Positions 26,856-39,180 of a DNA stretch of 64,000 bases are shown here, in pieces. Source of the DNA: Leucoraja erinacea. Taxonomy: Eukaryota. The notes below the pieces were generated by a model. That model did no database searches. It was not told the DNA's origin and saw only the letters and a program-made list of their open reading frames with translations. Location of the stretch: assembly GCF_028641065.1 (NCBI RefSeq), contig NC_073402.1:32116001-32180000 (forward strand), read 5' to 3'. How positions within the stretch are numbered: the stretch's first letter is position 1; the number at the start of each line of letters is the position of its first letter. The position numbers and the translations under genes were made by a program.

Positions 26856-28509
26856 GCACCTGCAGGATCTGTTTCTTTTTTCCTCCTTTGCTGCAGCATG
26901 TTATGGCTTGTGCAGCGTAAGAGGCACCTTAGCTGATGGAGCCTATACCAGCTCTTAACAGGACTAGTTTATTTTCTTCCAATTACTTATTAGATAATTT
27001 ATCTTCCATATTGTTATCCACTATCATAATATCATATGGTCAATGTATTTCCTATCACAAATGTCCTATGCATGATGTCTGCTAATCTTTGTTTGTTATT
27101 ATTCTGTTCTAATGCTGTTCACTGTTCAGACAACCCCTTTCATAACCACCTGACTATCAAGGTGAATAATCCCAAGTTTCTACATTTAAATACAGTGGCG
27201 TAGGAAAGTGGTGATGCTCAATTGGAATTATTCTATAATGTTCACAGCAGGAATAGGTAAGACGTCCCAGAAGTTGCTATTGGGGTTTAAGATAAAGAGA
27301 CTGCAGATGCATTGCGTCATGTTGCTGTTACAAAACCACTTTTCTAGATTGGATCCCATTTGCGACTTTGTCATCTAACCAATATTATCACTAAGAACCA
27401 CCAAGTCTGTGCAGGAATGATTGTTAAAAATACAGAACAAAAAGCAGGTGGTCTAGTAAAAACCACATTGAACCCTGCACCAAATGTCTTAAGTACTCAA
27501 CCTTTACTACCTTATCATGAAGCTTTCAGCTCACTAAATTCCATAACGTACATCAAATACCTTGCCTGTATCAGAAATCTTACTTTCAAATATCAGCTTG
27601 CACGATCTTCCCAAGCTGACAGCCATAGAATCGTAGTGTGATAGTGTGGAAACAGGCCCTTTGGCCCAACATGTCCCCACCATCCTGCGTTTGGTCTATA
27701 TCCCTCCAAACCTGTCTTATCCATGTACCTGTCGTAACTATTTCTTAAATGTTGGGATAGTGCCTGCCTCAACTACCTCCTCTGGCAGTTTGTTCCATAC
27801 ATTCACCACCCTTTGTGTTAGTCCTGTTAGTTATATCATTCGTTAATTTTCCCATTTCCAGAGTTAAACTGACTTTTATTTACAACTTTAACCTTTCTTG
27901 CCCATTTCTGAAGAACCCTGCAACATTAGTTAAGTCTATTCCCCGCCTGTATGACTAATCTTTGTTAAACACCTTTTTCCTAAGAATACTGCAAAGTCTG
28001 GGTTTGCTATTTCCTAAGAACATTAAAATTAATTGAACCTGCTACTTTCTTATATTAATAATATATACATATTTTCCTCAACATTCCTTCTGGCTATAGA
28101 ATAGCCAATGTATAATTCCTCTCCAGTTTAAACCCACAAATTAACAATCTGAAAGTCCAGGAATTTCAGTTCATTCATTATCTTTATGGGGCTACCGGAA
28201 TCAAGGGATACGAGGAGAAGGCAGGCACGGGTTACTGATTGTGGATGATCAGCCATGATCACAATGAATGGTGGTGCTGGCTCGAAGGGCCGAATGGCCT
28301 CCTGCATCTATTTTGTATTATGCATTCGTCAGTTCATTAAGCAACCCTTCAGCAGCATAACCAGGATTCCCGTGCTATCCATTAACTGGTATTAGTGAAT
28401 AAAGGTGTTGTCTGGCCATGTTAACAGCCAATGGCATTCCACTTACACTTATCCCCATTGATGGTAGGAAGAACACAATGGTGACTAACATGCCCAACCA
28501 AATGCAATC

Positions 28510-28862
28510 CTACAGTGGGTTAACATATGAAGAGGGTCAGCACTAGGACTGCACTCACTGGAGTTTAGAAGGATGAGGGAGGACCTCATTGAGACTTACT
28601 GAATAGTGAAAAGCCTGGATAGAGGGGATGTGGAGAAGTGGGAGAGTCTCGGACCAGAAGCCCTAGCCCTGGAATTTTAGAAAGTAGATGAAACTGAATT
28701 TATTTAGCCAGGGTGGTGAATCTGGAATTATTTCCCACAGATGGTGGAGGAAACCACGTCAATAGATATTTTTAAGGTGGAGACGGACAGATTCTAGATT
28801 AGTACAGGTGTCGGGGGATATGGGGAGAAGGCAGGAGAATGGGATCAGCTATGATTGATTGG
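28510..28862 (+). mobile_element. CR1-type LINE 3' fragment (diverged)
   Basis: ctggagtttagaaggatgagggaggacctcattgagacttac...tggggagaaggcaggagaatggg. Confidence 0.65.
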
Positions 28863-28867
28863 CAGAG

Positions 28868-29525
28868 GTAAACACAAAATGCTGGAATACCTCAGCGGGA
28901 CAAGCAGCATCTCTGGAGAGAAGGAATGGGTGACGTCTTGGGTCAAGACACTTCAGACTGATGTTGGGAGTGGGCAGGACAGATAGAATGTAGTCGGTGA
29001 CAGACTGGTGGGAGAACTGGAGAGGGAAAGTAAGGGCCATTTGAAGTTCGAGAAGTCAATGTTCATATCGCTGGGGTGTAAGCTACCCAAGCGAATTATG
29101 AGGTTGCGTTCATCCAATTTCTGCTGGGCCTCGCTTTGACAATGGAGGAGGCCCAGGACAGAAAGGTCAGTTTGGGAATGGGAGGGGGAGTTGAAGTGTT
29201 GGGCCACCGGGAGATCAGGTAGGTTAAGGTGGACTGACGGAAGTGTCCAGCGAAACGATCATCGAGCCTGCGCTTGGTCTCACCGATGGACAGAAGTTGA
29301 CACCAGGAACAGCGGATACAGTAGATGAGGTGCAAGTGAACCTCGGCCTCACCTGAAAAGACTGTTGGGTTCCTTGGATGGAGTCGAGGGGGAGAGGAAG
29401 AAGGGTCTCAACCCAAAACGTTACCCATTCCTTCTCTCCAGAGATGCTGCCTGCCCTGCTGAGTTACTCCAGCATTTTGTGTCTCTCTTCGATTAAAACC
29501 AGCATCTGCAGTTCTTTCCTGCATA
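28868..29525 (-). mobile_element. Penelope-like element, truncated, with an inverted terminal repeat at its 5' break
   Basis: ORF 29096..29335 HLIYCIRCSWCQLLSIGETKRRLDDRFAGH is a degenerate GIY-YIG endonuclease; AQHFNSPSHS and IRLGSLHPSDMNIDFS follow; terminal repeat at 28868-28960 with an inverted copy at 29395-29525. Confidence 0.85.
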
Positions 29526-29731
29526 TTGATTGGCATAGACTTGACGGGCTTAATTGCCTTATTCTGCTCCTCTCACTTATGAACTTATACTTGGCAACTG
29601 GGTAACAAGCAAAGACAGAGAGTGTGGTTTCAATTAGCACAGGAGCCATGCAATGAACGCCCCAAAGTGTGCAAACTCAATTCTCTATGGACCAAAAGAC
29701 AAACAACCCAATTGGGGGAGAAACGGAAATC

Positions 29732-29737
29732 TTTATT
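29732..29737 (-). terminator. Candidate PNRC2 polyadenylation signal
   Basis: TTTATT (AATAAA on minus) at the end of a ~2-kb repeat-free AT-rich stretch downstream of the stop. Confidence 0.5.
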
Positions 29738-31720
29738 GTTATATAAATCATTACACTACCATTCAATTAAATACATATTTAAAATTAATTGACTTAATTT
29801 GGTTTCAACAGTAATTGGAATAATTCCATTATTGTATTTAACTTGTCCATCAAATCTAAATAGGGGAGATTATAAATAAAAAAAACATGACCTTTTTTCT
29901 GGATTTTGGGCTGCTGAATTGGGACATTTGTACCCAATTTAATTATGATATTTTGTATTCAAATAGTAGGCCCTCTACCTGGCATTAACTGAGAGGCAAC
30001 AGAATGCCCATTATTGAATAAATGTCTCTGCTTTATATAATGAAAGGACAAATAGCAAACATGACATTCTGGGGGAAATCTGAGTGATCACTGAATTACA
30101 ATTGAATCAAATGTCATTATTACAGAATGTGTTATTGAAAATTTGTATCAAACCCAATTTCTAAATATTAAGGCAAAAGAAGTATCCAAGCCACATCTGA
30201 GATGAATGGGCTCCATTGGTGTGTATGAATGTTGTTTTTGCAATCTTTGCCCGGTTCTGATGAAACATGAAGCAATCAGCTTTGATCCACGGTTTAAAAG
30301 ATCAACAAAGAACATGGTACACCATTGCACAAGTGCGATCAAAAATCGTGGCATCAATCCAGGCTCATTCCAATCCTGACATTAACAGTACAGAATCCAT
30401 ACTTGTGTTACATTTTCCCTACCATTGCTTTTGGTAATCCTTTTATCAAAGTCAGATATGATCAGGTAACTACATTGAAAATAATGTATAACAGATACAG
30501 GTTTGGCACAGCAACCTCATTCTGTGTTTTTTTTAAAATAGGAAATGAGCTATTATTTCTGCAACTTAGTTTTTTTTTTAATGCTCGTTTTCACACCCGC
30601 AATCGCAGCTTTCAGGTCACGTTGTGAACAACTTAACTTTTTCTTATTCATTTGTATTTTTTTTTAAAGAAAATTAATCTTAGGTTTACACACGCCACGA
30701 AAGATGGCATTGTTTACACTGACCTATCGTACCAAAATACTTTATCAACAGGGACACCCCGTTTTAAAATATACATATGCACATTCTTAATCCTTGTATA
30801 CTGGCAGCGGTTTTAACAGTAATAAACTCATTATCCCTGTACAAGAGTTCTTTTTGGCAAATGATAAAATCTAAAACCAAATTTGGATTCCAGGTTTGCA
30901 TCAAAGCAAAGGAGATGTTTGAAAGACCAAAGCCTTCGGAGAGGAAAGATGAAAATTTGCTCAAATTTGCTCATTTACGAAGATCTGCTTTGGTCAGCAG
31001 TGATTGGCAGGCAACATGATAGCTCAATGACTTTTCTGTGTTAATACAACTAAACGGGTAGTTTTAAGTAATAGCCTGTTCAATAAATACACTTACTCGG
31101 TTGGTTGGAAGCATTAAAAATACTTTTCTCAATAAAAGTGAACAATAAAACAAGGGGGCTCTGCAAGGAGTTGATGCTGGAGGTTATGTCTGTGGCTTGT
31201 TGCCTGCCCTGTGTACAAGCTGCCTCCAACAGACAACAGTTCAATGATCAAGAGTTGCAAAAATCCCATTGAAGAATGGATGTAGTGAAAGGTATGTAGC
31301 ACATGGGCTACACATACAACCTGCGTTGGTTAATTGCAGCTGGACAATTGGGAAAGGAAGCAACATTAAAGCTGCCTCAGTACTTTGGACCCAAGTGGAT
31401 GACACACTAACTTCATTGCACATAGGAACATGCCCAGCAATGGGAGACTCAGACACAGAACTCAGCTCTTTCCTCTTTAAGGAAGAAGAGGGAAAGGCAG
31501 GCAAAGCTGGATGAGAAAACAAGTTCACTTATGCAGTAGAAAGTCCAAGCTGCACAAAGGCACCAAACCTCACCAAGCTGGGCCAATGTACACTAAGCAA
31601 GTAAACACCCTGGGTGGGTAATTAAAGGCAGCGTGTGGCTGAAATTTTTAAACTCTACTGAAAGATGTAATTAAAAACAAGAATGCCAGCCCTGAACAAA
31701 CCCCACATTTGAGCTACAGT

Positions 31721-32158
31721 CTATGCTTGCACTTTAAGTAAGGTCTTCAATTGAAAGGCCATGTCACTGTGGTCAGAAGGGTCCAGGGGAATATGTACCC
31801 AGTGGCTTGGTGGTCTGGGTAACACACTTGGTGATGGTGGCTCACTGAACTTGGCTCCAGCGTAGTGCTGGTCACACTGTGACCGGAGTAGTGCACCCGA
31901 GCTGCTCACAACGGCCTCCCAGCTCTGACTATTGGGAAAGTGCATAACATTCTTTGCTTCCTTCTGGGCGACCCGATACACATCGGACATGAACGAACAG
32001 CATCCGTGAGCCTTCTCGCCGTTCTTGTGCGCCATCTTCACGTGGTTGAGGTCGTCGTCTCTGCTGTTCTGGCGGTCATTGGTCAAGTGCTCATTTCTCT
32101 TGGCAGTGGAGTACCACGGCTGTGATATCGGAATGTTCAGTCCCTCAACCCCTCCCAT
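31721..32158 (-). CDS. PNRC2: Proline-rich nuclear receptor coactivator 2 (145 aa, single coding exon)
   Basis: MGGVEGLNIP...YAGAKFSEPPSPSVLPRPPSHWV...MAFQLKTLLKVQA with the SEPPSPS motif and LKTLL NR box; acceptor cacacAG|gtt at 32174/32173; convergent with SRSF10 as in mammals. Confidence 0.95.
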   Translation of the reverse strand: MGGVEGLNIPISQPWYSTAKRNEHLTNDRQNSRDDDLNHVKMAHKNGEKAHGCCSFMSDVYRVAQKEAKNVMHFPNSQSWEAVVSSSGALLRSQCDQHYAGAKFSEPPSPSVLPRPPSHWVHIPLDPSDHSDMAFQLKTLLKVQA

Positions 32159-32494
32159 CTTCCTCTGAACAACCTGTGTGGACTGAAACAAAAAGCTTCG
32201 TTTAGATTAGAGATGAGGCTAGCACTCCGGCCCGCAGAGTCCACGCCATCCATCAATCACTTTGTAATTTAGTTTATTGTCACCCGTGCCAAGGTAAACA
32301 TAGAAAATAGGTGCAGGAGTAGAGGCCATTCGGCCCTTCGAGCCTGCACCATTTGCCATTCAATATGATCATGGCTAATCATCCAACTCAGTATCCTCTC
32401 CCTGCCTTCTCTCCATACCAAGGTACAGTGAAAAGCTTTTGTTGCGTGCTATCCAGTCAGTGGAAAGACAATACATCATTACCACTAGCACCAT

Positions 32495-32700
32495 CCTACA
32501 CACACACTTGAGACAATTTCCAATTCTTATCGAAGCCAATTAACCTACAAACCTGTACGCCTTTGTAGTGTGTAAGGGAACCCACACAGTCACGGGGAGA
32601 ACGTACAAACTCCGTACAGACAGCACCCGTAGTCAGGGTCGAACCCACATCTGTGGCGCTGTGAGGCAGCAGCTCTACCCGCTGCGCCATCGTGACGCCC
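32495..32700 (-). mobile_element. V-SINE
   Basis: Minus strand gatggcgcagcgggtagagctgctgcctcacagcgcc...gtacggagtttgtacgttctccccgtgac. Confidence 0.7.
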
Positions 32701-33331
32701 ACTTTCTCATCCACTCCGAAAACACTTGGGGCAATTTACAGAGGCCAAATAACCTACAAACCCACACGTCCTTTGAATGTGGAAAGAAACCCACGCAACC
32801 ACAAGGAGAATGTACAAACTGCACGGACACAGACAGCAACTCTAGTCAGGATCAAAGCCAGGTCTCTGCTGCTGTGAATGCAGCAATTCTCTCACTGCCG
32901 CCCACAAACTTTTTCTGCAACGCCTGAATAAACTAAGGTACACCTTAAAATGCTTGAACAACATTTGAACTTGAGCAGGACATCTACATGTTTTGTGCAT
33001 AGAAATATGACAATGTTAGAGATGAGAATTGAAGCTTTGATGTTTATGACTACACTAAGACAGCAGCAAACTCATTCATTGAACAGCCCAACACATCAAA
33101 CTTTGCTGCCTCCAAGTAGAGGTTGGCAATTTTACTTTGGAGTCACGTGAGTGACTACGTGAAGAACCCGTCCAGCACGCATGCGCGACATTGCGTTTAC
33201 GCAGTGCAACAGCGACACAGCGGGAGTCAGGCGCTCCCGCTACAGTTTACAAAGACGGACCGTCAGGTAAGTTTATTCTGAGGTTGTTTTTTCCGGAAAA
33301 GAAGGGTGTTGTTTTGTTTCAACAGGGAGAA

Positions 33332-34383
33332 CATGAACAAAACAAGACTATCCAAGAAATCTGCCCCCCGTTCGACTCCAACGGAGGAGCGTTCCATCAG
33401 TGGGGGCAAGAGGCGGTAGGACCGCTAACCCAGCGATCCACCATCCCCGACACCGTGCCGAGCCCAGTCCCGCTAGCGCAGCCTGAGCAGCGGGCTGGTT
33501 GTAAAGCAGCACGGAACACCAACCGGCCGGTGGTTTCCGATTCATCGGACGGGGACGTCTCACCGCCCGCGCGGGGCAGAGACAGCCGCCTGAGCCGCGT
33601 GGAGCGGTTCGTGGAACGTATGCTCCAGCGTGACTTGCTTCGAGAGAGGGGCAGTCTCGCAGAGGGAGTTCAGGCACTCCCACCACAGTGCCTCACACAC
33701 TGGCTATCGCTGCCCCCTCTTCCGAGGGCAGCTTTGGCGACTAGGGCTGGGCTGGTCAAGAAGAGGGGTCACTGGCCGAAGATGTCGGGAGTACGCCTGG
33801 GGTACAGGAACAGGAAGAGCTGCTGGGTGTGGTAGACCGCTACGTGGCAGCTCCACGAGCAGGACAGCCATTAGAGCCAAATCTGGCGGCCAGCATTAAC
33901 TACCTATCCTTCAAGCCCCTACAGGAGCAGGTAGTTAATGAGGCCCTAGAGCTGTATTCGGCCCCAGAGAATTGTGCCTCGCTCAACGTGCCGGCTGTCA
34001 ACAGTCAAATCTGGGGGCACGTTGGGCCAAATATCTGCAACCAAGAGCTCAAACTACAGCAGATCCTCAGGCTCCTGACGTCAGCCATCACTTCATATGC
34101 TCGTTCCGTGGATGGGACAGAAATGACCACGATTCAGCAGGATACACTCGCACTGCTGTGTAATACCCAGTTTGAAATTAACAACCTCCGCAAGGAGATT
34201 ATAAGTCCTGCCCTCGACCCAAAATTCGCGGGTTTGTACAAAACGCCGACCACAGAGCCAGAAATCCTGGTCTTCGGCAAAAACCTCTCCAAGAAAGTGA
34301 AAGATATGGAGGAGGAGTCCAAAACATTTGGCCTCATGAGGGCAGGCCCCCGGACGAGCAAACCCACTAAACCCAAGCGGTAG
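33332..34383 (+). pseudogene. DIRS gag-like ORF1, disrupted
   Basis: YSAPENCASLNVPAVNSQIW...ELKLQQI...EINNLRKEIISPAL...VFG resembles DIRS ORF1; split over frames (33191, 33829) with stops. Confidence 0.65.
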
Positions 34384-34581
34384 TACCCCACCGCGTCCAC
34401 CAGTCGACGTCAACCCTATGGGACTGGTGAAAGCTCGGGGTCCGAACATCACAAGCCTTTTTTAGGCCAAGGCCCAGAACGGACCCCATGGAAAATGCGC
34501 CACCCCCCAACCAACAGCACATCAGACAACTCATCGGAAGACTCATCGCCCGACAAAGAAGCAAAAGAAACACCCGTAACC

Positions 34582-36516
34582 ATGGAGGTAGGTGGGTCTG
34601 GTTCCTACCAGCATATAGAAAGTGGGGGTTCTATACTAACAGGGGGGAGATTACACCTGTTTGAGCAAGCATGGAAGTCTATCACGAATGACAAGTATAT
34701 ACTCAACAGCATTCGTGGATACAAAATACAGTTTGCACTAGAAAAATTGTCACCAGTTCAGCATTCACCCCAAAGGGTCTTTTCCCTCTCAGTTAAAGAA
34801 AAACGAGAGGGACAAGCTGAACTGGTGAGGCTAATCACAAAGGGTATCATTGAAAAAAACAAACATGAACCCTTGGAATTTGTCTCTAATATATTCACTA
34901 AAACTTAAAAAGATGGTAGATGTTGCATCATAATTGACTTAACTTCACAAAATATGTTTGTTAAGTATATACATTTCAAAATGGAAACGTTTGTAACTGC
35001 CAAACAACTGATTTCCAAAGGATACTTCATGGCAAGCATTGATCTTAAAGATGCTTACTATTCAGTACCCATTCATAAGGATCATCGCAGATACCTGAAA
35101 TGTACCTGGATGGGGCAGCTATGGCAGGTTAAAGTGTTGCTTAATGAGTTAACATCAGCCCCAAGATTATTCACCAAGATACTAAAGCCAGCCTTGGCAA
35201 TATTAAGAAGACCAAAACATATTGTCATGGCATATCTTGATGATATCTTAATAGTAGGCAAAACCATGGAATTGGCAAAATCAGCAGTGTCAGCTACCAA
35301 ACAATTGTTTGAAACCTTGGGATTTGTCTTACATCCAGATAAATCTAAGTTGAAGCCATCCACAACCATGGACTATCTGGGCTTCACAATTAACTCAGTC
35401 CACATGTCTGTAACTTTGCCAAAAACAAAAACAGCTGAATTGGCACAAACATGTAACAATTTAATGGTCAACGATCGACCAACTATTCGACAAGTGGCGA
35501 GAGTAATTGGCAAAATGGTAGCAGCATTTCCAGCTAATAAATTTGGACCTCTGCACTATCAAAACTTACAAAGAGCAAAAGTGCAGGCACTAAAACAACA
35601 TGCAGGTCATTTTGACCAAGTCATGAAATTACCCACTAAAGCAACATCAGAACTACAGTGGTGGCTAGAGAACATTTGGCATAGTTTCAGCCCTATCATC
35701 ATCATTAACCCTACATTAGTTATCCAAACAGGTGCCAGTGCTCAAGGCTGGGGAGCAACTAATTCCATATCCAGCACAGGTGGTAGATGGACTAACCCAG
35801 AGTCATCGTTACTACTTACACTGGGCATAAATTATCTAGAAATGTTGGGTGCATTTTATGGATTAAAAGCATATTCAACAAATATGCATCACTTGCATGT
35901 TTGGTTACAAATAGATAATACTACGGTGGTGGCCTGTATTAACCATATGGGCGGCATAAAATCGATATCATGCGACAATTTGGTCAACACAATTTGGCAA
36001 TGGTGTGTCAACAGACATATTTGGCTATCAGCAACTTACCTGCCGGGTAAGCTAGATACAGTGGCAGACACCAGGTCACGCAAATTCAATGACAACACCG
36101 AATGGATGTTAAATCCCAAAGTATTTGCTAAAATTACCAAGCAATATGGCACGCCAGATATCAATCTATTTGCATCCAGACTAAATCACCAGGTTCCTAT
36201 GTATGTCGCTTGGGAACCAGACCCTGAGGCAGCAGCGGTAGATGCTTTTGTGCTGGACTGGGGAAATGTCTTCTTTTATGCATTTCCTCCCTTCTGCCTC
36301 ATCAGTCGGGTACTACGCAAATAACAATTGGACTCTGCTTCAGGTATTTTGATAGTACCCGACTGGCCGACACAGCCATGGTTCCCAGTGGTCCTCGACA
36401 TGATCGTCGAGACCCCAATGACTTTTCCCAGCAGCCCAGAATTGCTAACCCACCCAGTATCTGGCACAAGCCACCCTTGCCATGATAAAATCAAACTCCT
36501 GGGTTGCAGATTTTGA
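34582..36516 (+). pseudogene. DIRS pol (RT, RNase H, methyltransferase-like), two in-frame stops
   Basis: ORFs 34495, 34954 and 36328 share one frame broken by TAA at 34906 and 36322; SIDLKDAYY, YLDD, TGAS (normally TDAS), INYLEM, IDNTT, INLFAS, YAFPPF, PDWPTQPWF. Confidence 0.9.
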
Positions 36517-37490
36517 AAAGACCTTTGCTGGGCCTGGGATTGTCAGAAAACACCATCAACACCATGACAGCATCCCACCGTGTATCCACAAGGAAACAGT
36601 ACTTATCTAGTATCAAGAAGTGGGAGAAATACTGCTTGGATACAGGAACCACCTATTCAACCACAACAGTCACCAATGTACTGGAGTTCCTGGCAGGCCT
36701 TTACCACAATGAAGGACTCAGCTACAGCGCCATCAACACAGCCAGAAGTGCTCTGTCTGCCTATTTAATACAGGCACCAGGACAACAGGCCATGGGGTCC
36801 CACCCGCTGGTGGTCAAACTCATGAGGGGGATATTCAACTCTAACCCCCCTAGACCTAGGTACACCCATATCTGGGATGTCAGTGTGGTCCTGACATACC
36901 TTAAGAGATGGTCACCAGCCAGGTCCCTCACCCTGGAACAATTAACTCTCAAGACGATCATGCTGATGGCACTTGTGTCAGCACAAAGAGTCCAGTCACT
37001 TCACCTTTTACGACTGGACAACATGATCATAACTCCAGACCATGTCTCATTTACTATCCAGGGGCTGGTCAAACAGAGCAGGCCAGGAACATCAAATCCA
37101 GTCATGGAATTCCGGGCCTGCCCACCAGAACCAGGGTTATGTGCCATGACCCACCTACTGTACTATACAGACACAACTAAAATCCATCGAGGGAGTGAAA
37201 AAGTCTTATGGGTCAGCTACAAGAAACCTTATGGTCGGGTGACGAGCCAAACCATTTCTAGATGGCTCAAGCAGGTGCTGAAAGCTGCTGGTATAAATAC
37301 TAACATGTACAAATCTCACTCCACCAGGGCAGCATCCACGTCGGCGGGTAAGAGAATGGACGTACCAATAGACCACATCCTGGCTACAGCGGGGTGGTCT
37401 GGGGAAAGAACGTTCAGAACTTTTTATAATAAGCCGTTGGCAAAACCTGCTTTATTTGCAGAGAAAATATTACAATCTGCAAATATATAA
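36504..37490 (+). CDS. DIRS tyrosine recombinase (open frame)
   Basis: N-terminal LSYSAINTARSALS domain; catalytic set AQRVQSL (R), HSTR (H-x-x-R), AGWS (W), TFY (Y). True start codon uncertain. Confidence 0.88.
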   Translation: MQILKRPLLGLGLSENTINTMTASHRVSTRKQYLSSIKKWEKYCLDTGTTYSTTTVTNVLEFLAGLYHNEGLSYSAINTARSALSAYLIQAPGQQAMGSHPLVVKLMRGIFNSNPPRPRYTHIWDVSVVLTYLKRWSPARSLTLEQLTLKTIMLMALVSAQRVQSLHLLRLDNMIITPDHVSFTIQGLVKQSRPGTSNPVMEFRACPPEPGLCAMTHLLYYTDTTKIHRGSEKVLWVSYKKPYGRVTSQTISRWLKQVLKAAGINTNMYKSHSTRAASTSAGKRMDVPIDHILATAGWSGERTFRTFYNKPLAKPALFAEKILQSANI

Positions 37491-37660
37491 TTTAAGCCCG
37501 GGGGAGCAATTTGTTTTTTTGTTCTTGTTAATAAATACCATTATTGTTTTTACAAACAGATTCATTGGTTGATTACGATAACACACTTCCTCCCTCAAGT
37601 GACTTCGGCAGTGAGTGAAGTATGAACTGTTACACGGTTTGAAATCACAGAGCTTTAAAA

Positions 37661-37773
37661 TCTTCACGTAGTCACTCACGTGACTCCGAAGTAAAATAGT
37701 AAGATTAAACGAGAACTTACCAGTTTGAAGTTTGATCTGTATTTTATGAGGAGTTACGATGAGGGATTACGTG
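37661..37773. repeat. DIRS internal complementary region (ICR)
   Basis: 37661-37697 is the reverse complement of 33129-33165 (36/37); 37695-37773 is the reverse complement of 37921-37999 (79/79). Confidence 0.95.
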
Positions 37774-38164
37774 CCCTCAGCTCCCACCCTCAATAATAGA
37801 GATCAAACTGGTATCTAAGCTCTCCTTTTCTTTACTATGTTTATTTCACTTACTGTGCCTGTCTGTGATTCCACACCGCTGCTTTGAAGTATGCCGCGCC
37901 TGCGCGCTGGACGGGTTCTTCACGTAATCCCTCATCGTAACTCCTCATAAAATACAGATCAAACTTCAAACTGGTAAGTTCTCGTTTAATCTTACTATTA
38001 AACCAACACCAATAACCCAGCGACAAGCTCACATCCCAGTTTCCCACTGACATTAAACATGTTCACCCAGAACAAGGGCAACACATGTTGTTACCCACAG
38101 CCAAGCTGAATAGGTGGGGAGAATACACACTTTCCCCAGGGCAGGGGAATAGGTTTAAGGTGAG

Positions 38165-38798
38165 ATAGGAGCAGAATCAGGCCATTCGGCCCATCAAGTT
38201 TACTCCGCCATTCAATCATGGCTGATCTATCTTCTCTTCCCCTTCTCCTGCCTTCTCCCCATAGCCCCTGACACCCAAACTAATCAAGAATCTATCAATC
38301 TCCACCTTAAAACTGTCCACTGACTCGTGGCCTCCACAGCCGTCTGTGGCAATGAATTCCACAGATTCACCACCTTCTGACTGAAGAAATTCCTCCTCAT
38401 CTCCTTTCTAAAGGTAGGTCCATGAATTCTGAGGCTGTGCCCTCTGGTCCTAGACTCTTCAACCAATGGAAACAGAAACATCTTCTCCACAACCACTCTA
38501 TCCAGGCCTTTCACTATTCAGTAAGTTTCAATGAGATGCCCACTCATCCTTCTAAACTCCAGCGAGTACAGTCCGACTGACAAATGCTCATCATAGGTTA
38601 ACCCACTCATTCCTGGGATAATTCTTGTAAACCTCCTCTGGACCCTCTCCAGAGCCAGCACATTTCCTCAGATATGGAGCCTTAAACTGCTTACAGTATT
38701 CCAAATGTGATCTGACCAGCACCTTATAGAGCCTCAGCATTACACCTCTATTTTTATATTTGAGCCCTCTTGAAATAAATGTAACGTTGCATTTGCCT
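38165..38798 (-). mobile_element. CR1-type LINE 3' fragment
   Basis: ORF 38284..38514 KGLDRV...SRTRGHSLRI...VVNLWNSLP. Confidence 0.85.
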
Positions 38799-39180
38799 GA
38801 ACGGAGAAAGATTTAGCAGGAACCCGAGAGCTACTTTTTTTACACTTGGTGGGGGAGGGGAGGTGTGGGTTTCTGAAATGAGCTGCCAGAGGAAGTGGTT
38901 GAGGCAGCTTCAAGAACATTTAAAAGACACTCGGGCAGGTACATGGATAGGAAATGTTTCGAGGGTCACGGGGCCCAAATGTGAGGAATTAGACAGGGTA
39001 TCTTGGTAGTCTTGAATGAGTTGGGATCAAGGGCCCGTTTCCTTGCTGTATGACTGTAACCAGAGTTCGGAGGTGGAGATAGAGATGAACTATTTCTTCA
39101 ACAAGTCTGAGTGTTTGCAAATTCCTGGGAGGTGTTGAATATATTCAGGCCAGGATTGGAGTGACCCAGAAGTGTTATGG

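Larger units (their letters stand above)
33129..37999 (+). mobile_element. Full-length DIRS1-like tyrosine-recombinase retrotransposon (4871 bp) in the PNRC2 intron, antisense to the gene
   Basis: gag-like, RT/RNaseH/MT and YR frames in order; ITR core 33156-33191 vs 37891-37926 (33/36); ICR 37661-37773 complementary to both termini; ATT at both ends. Confidence 0.95.

Noticed and set aside
32159-32191. N-terminal extension MFQSTQVVQRK of the PNRC2 ORF
   Set aside because: Starts at a non-ATG codon in the intron and crosses the splice acceptor; the homologous start is MGG at 32158.
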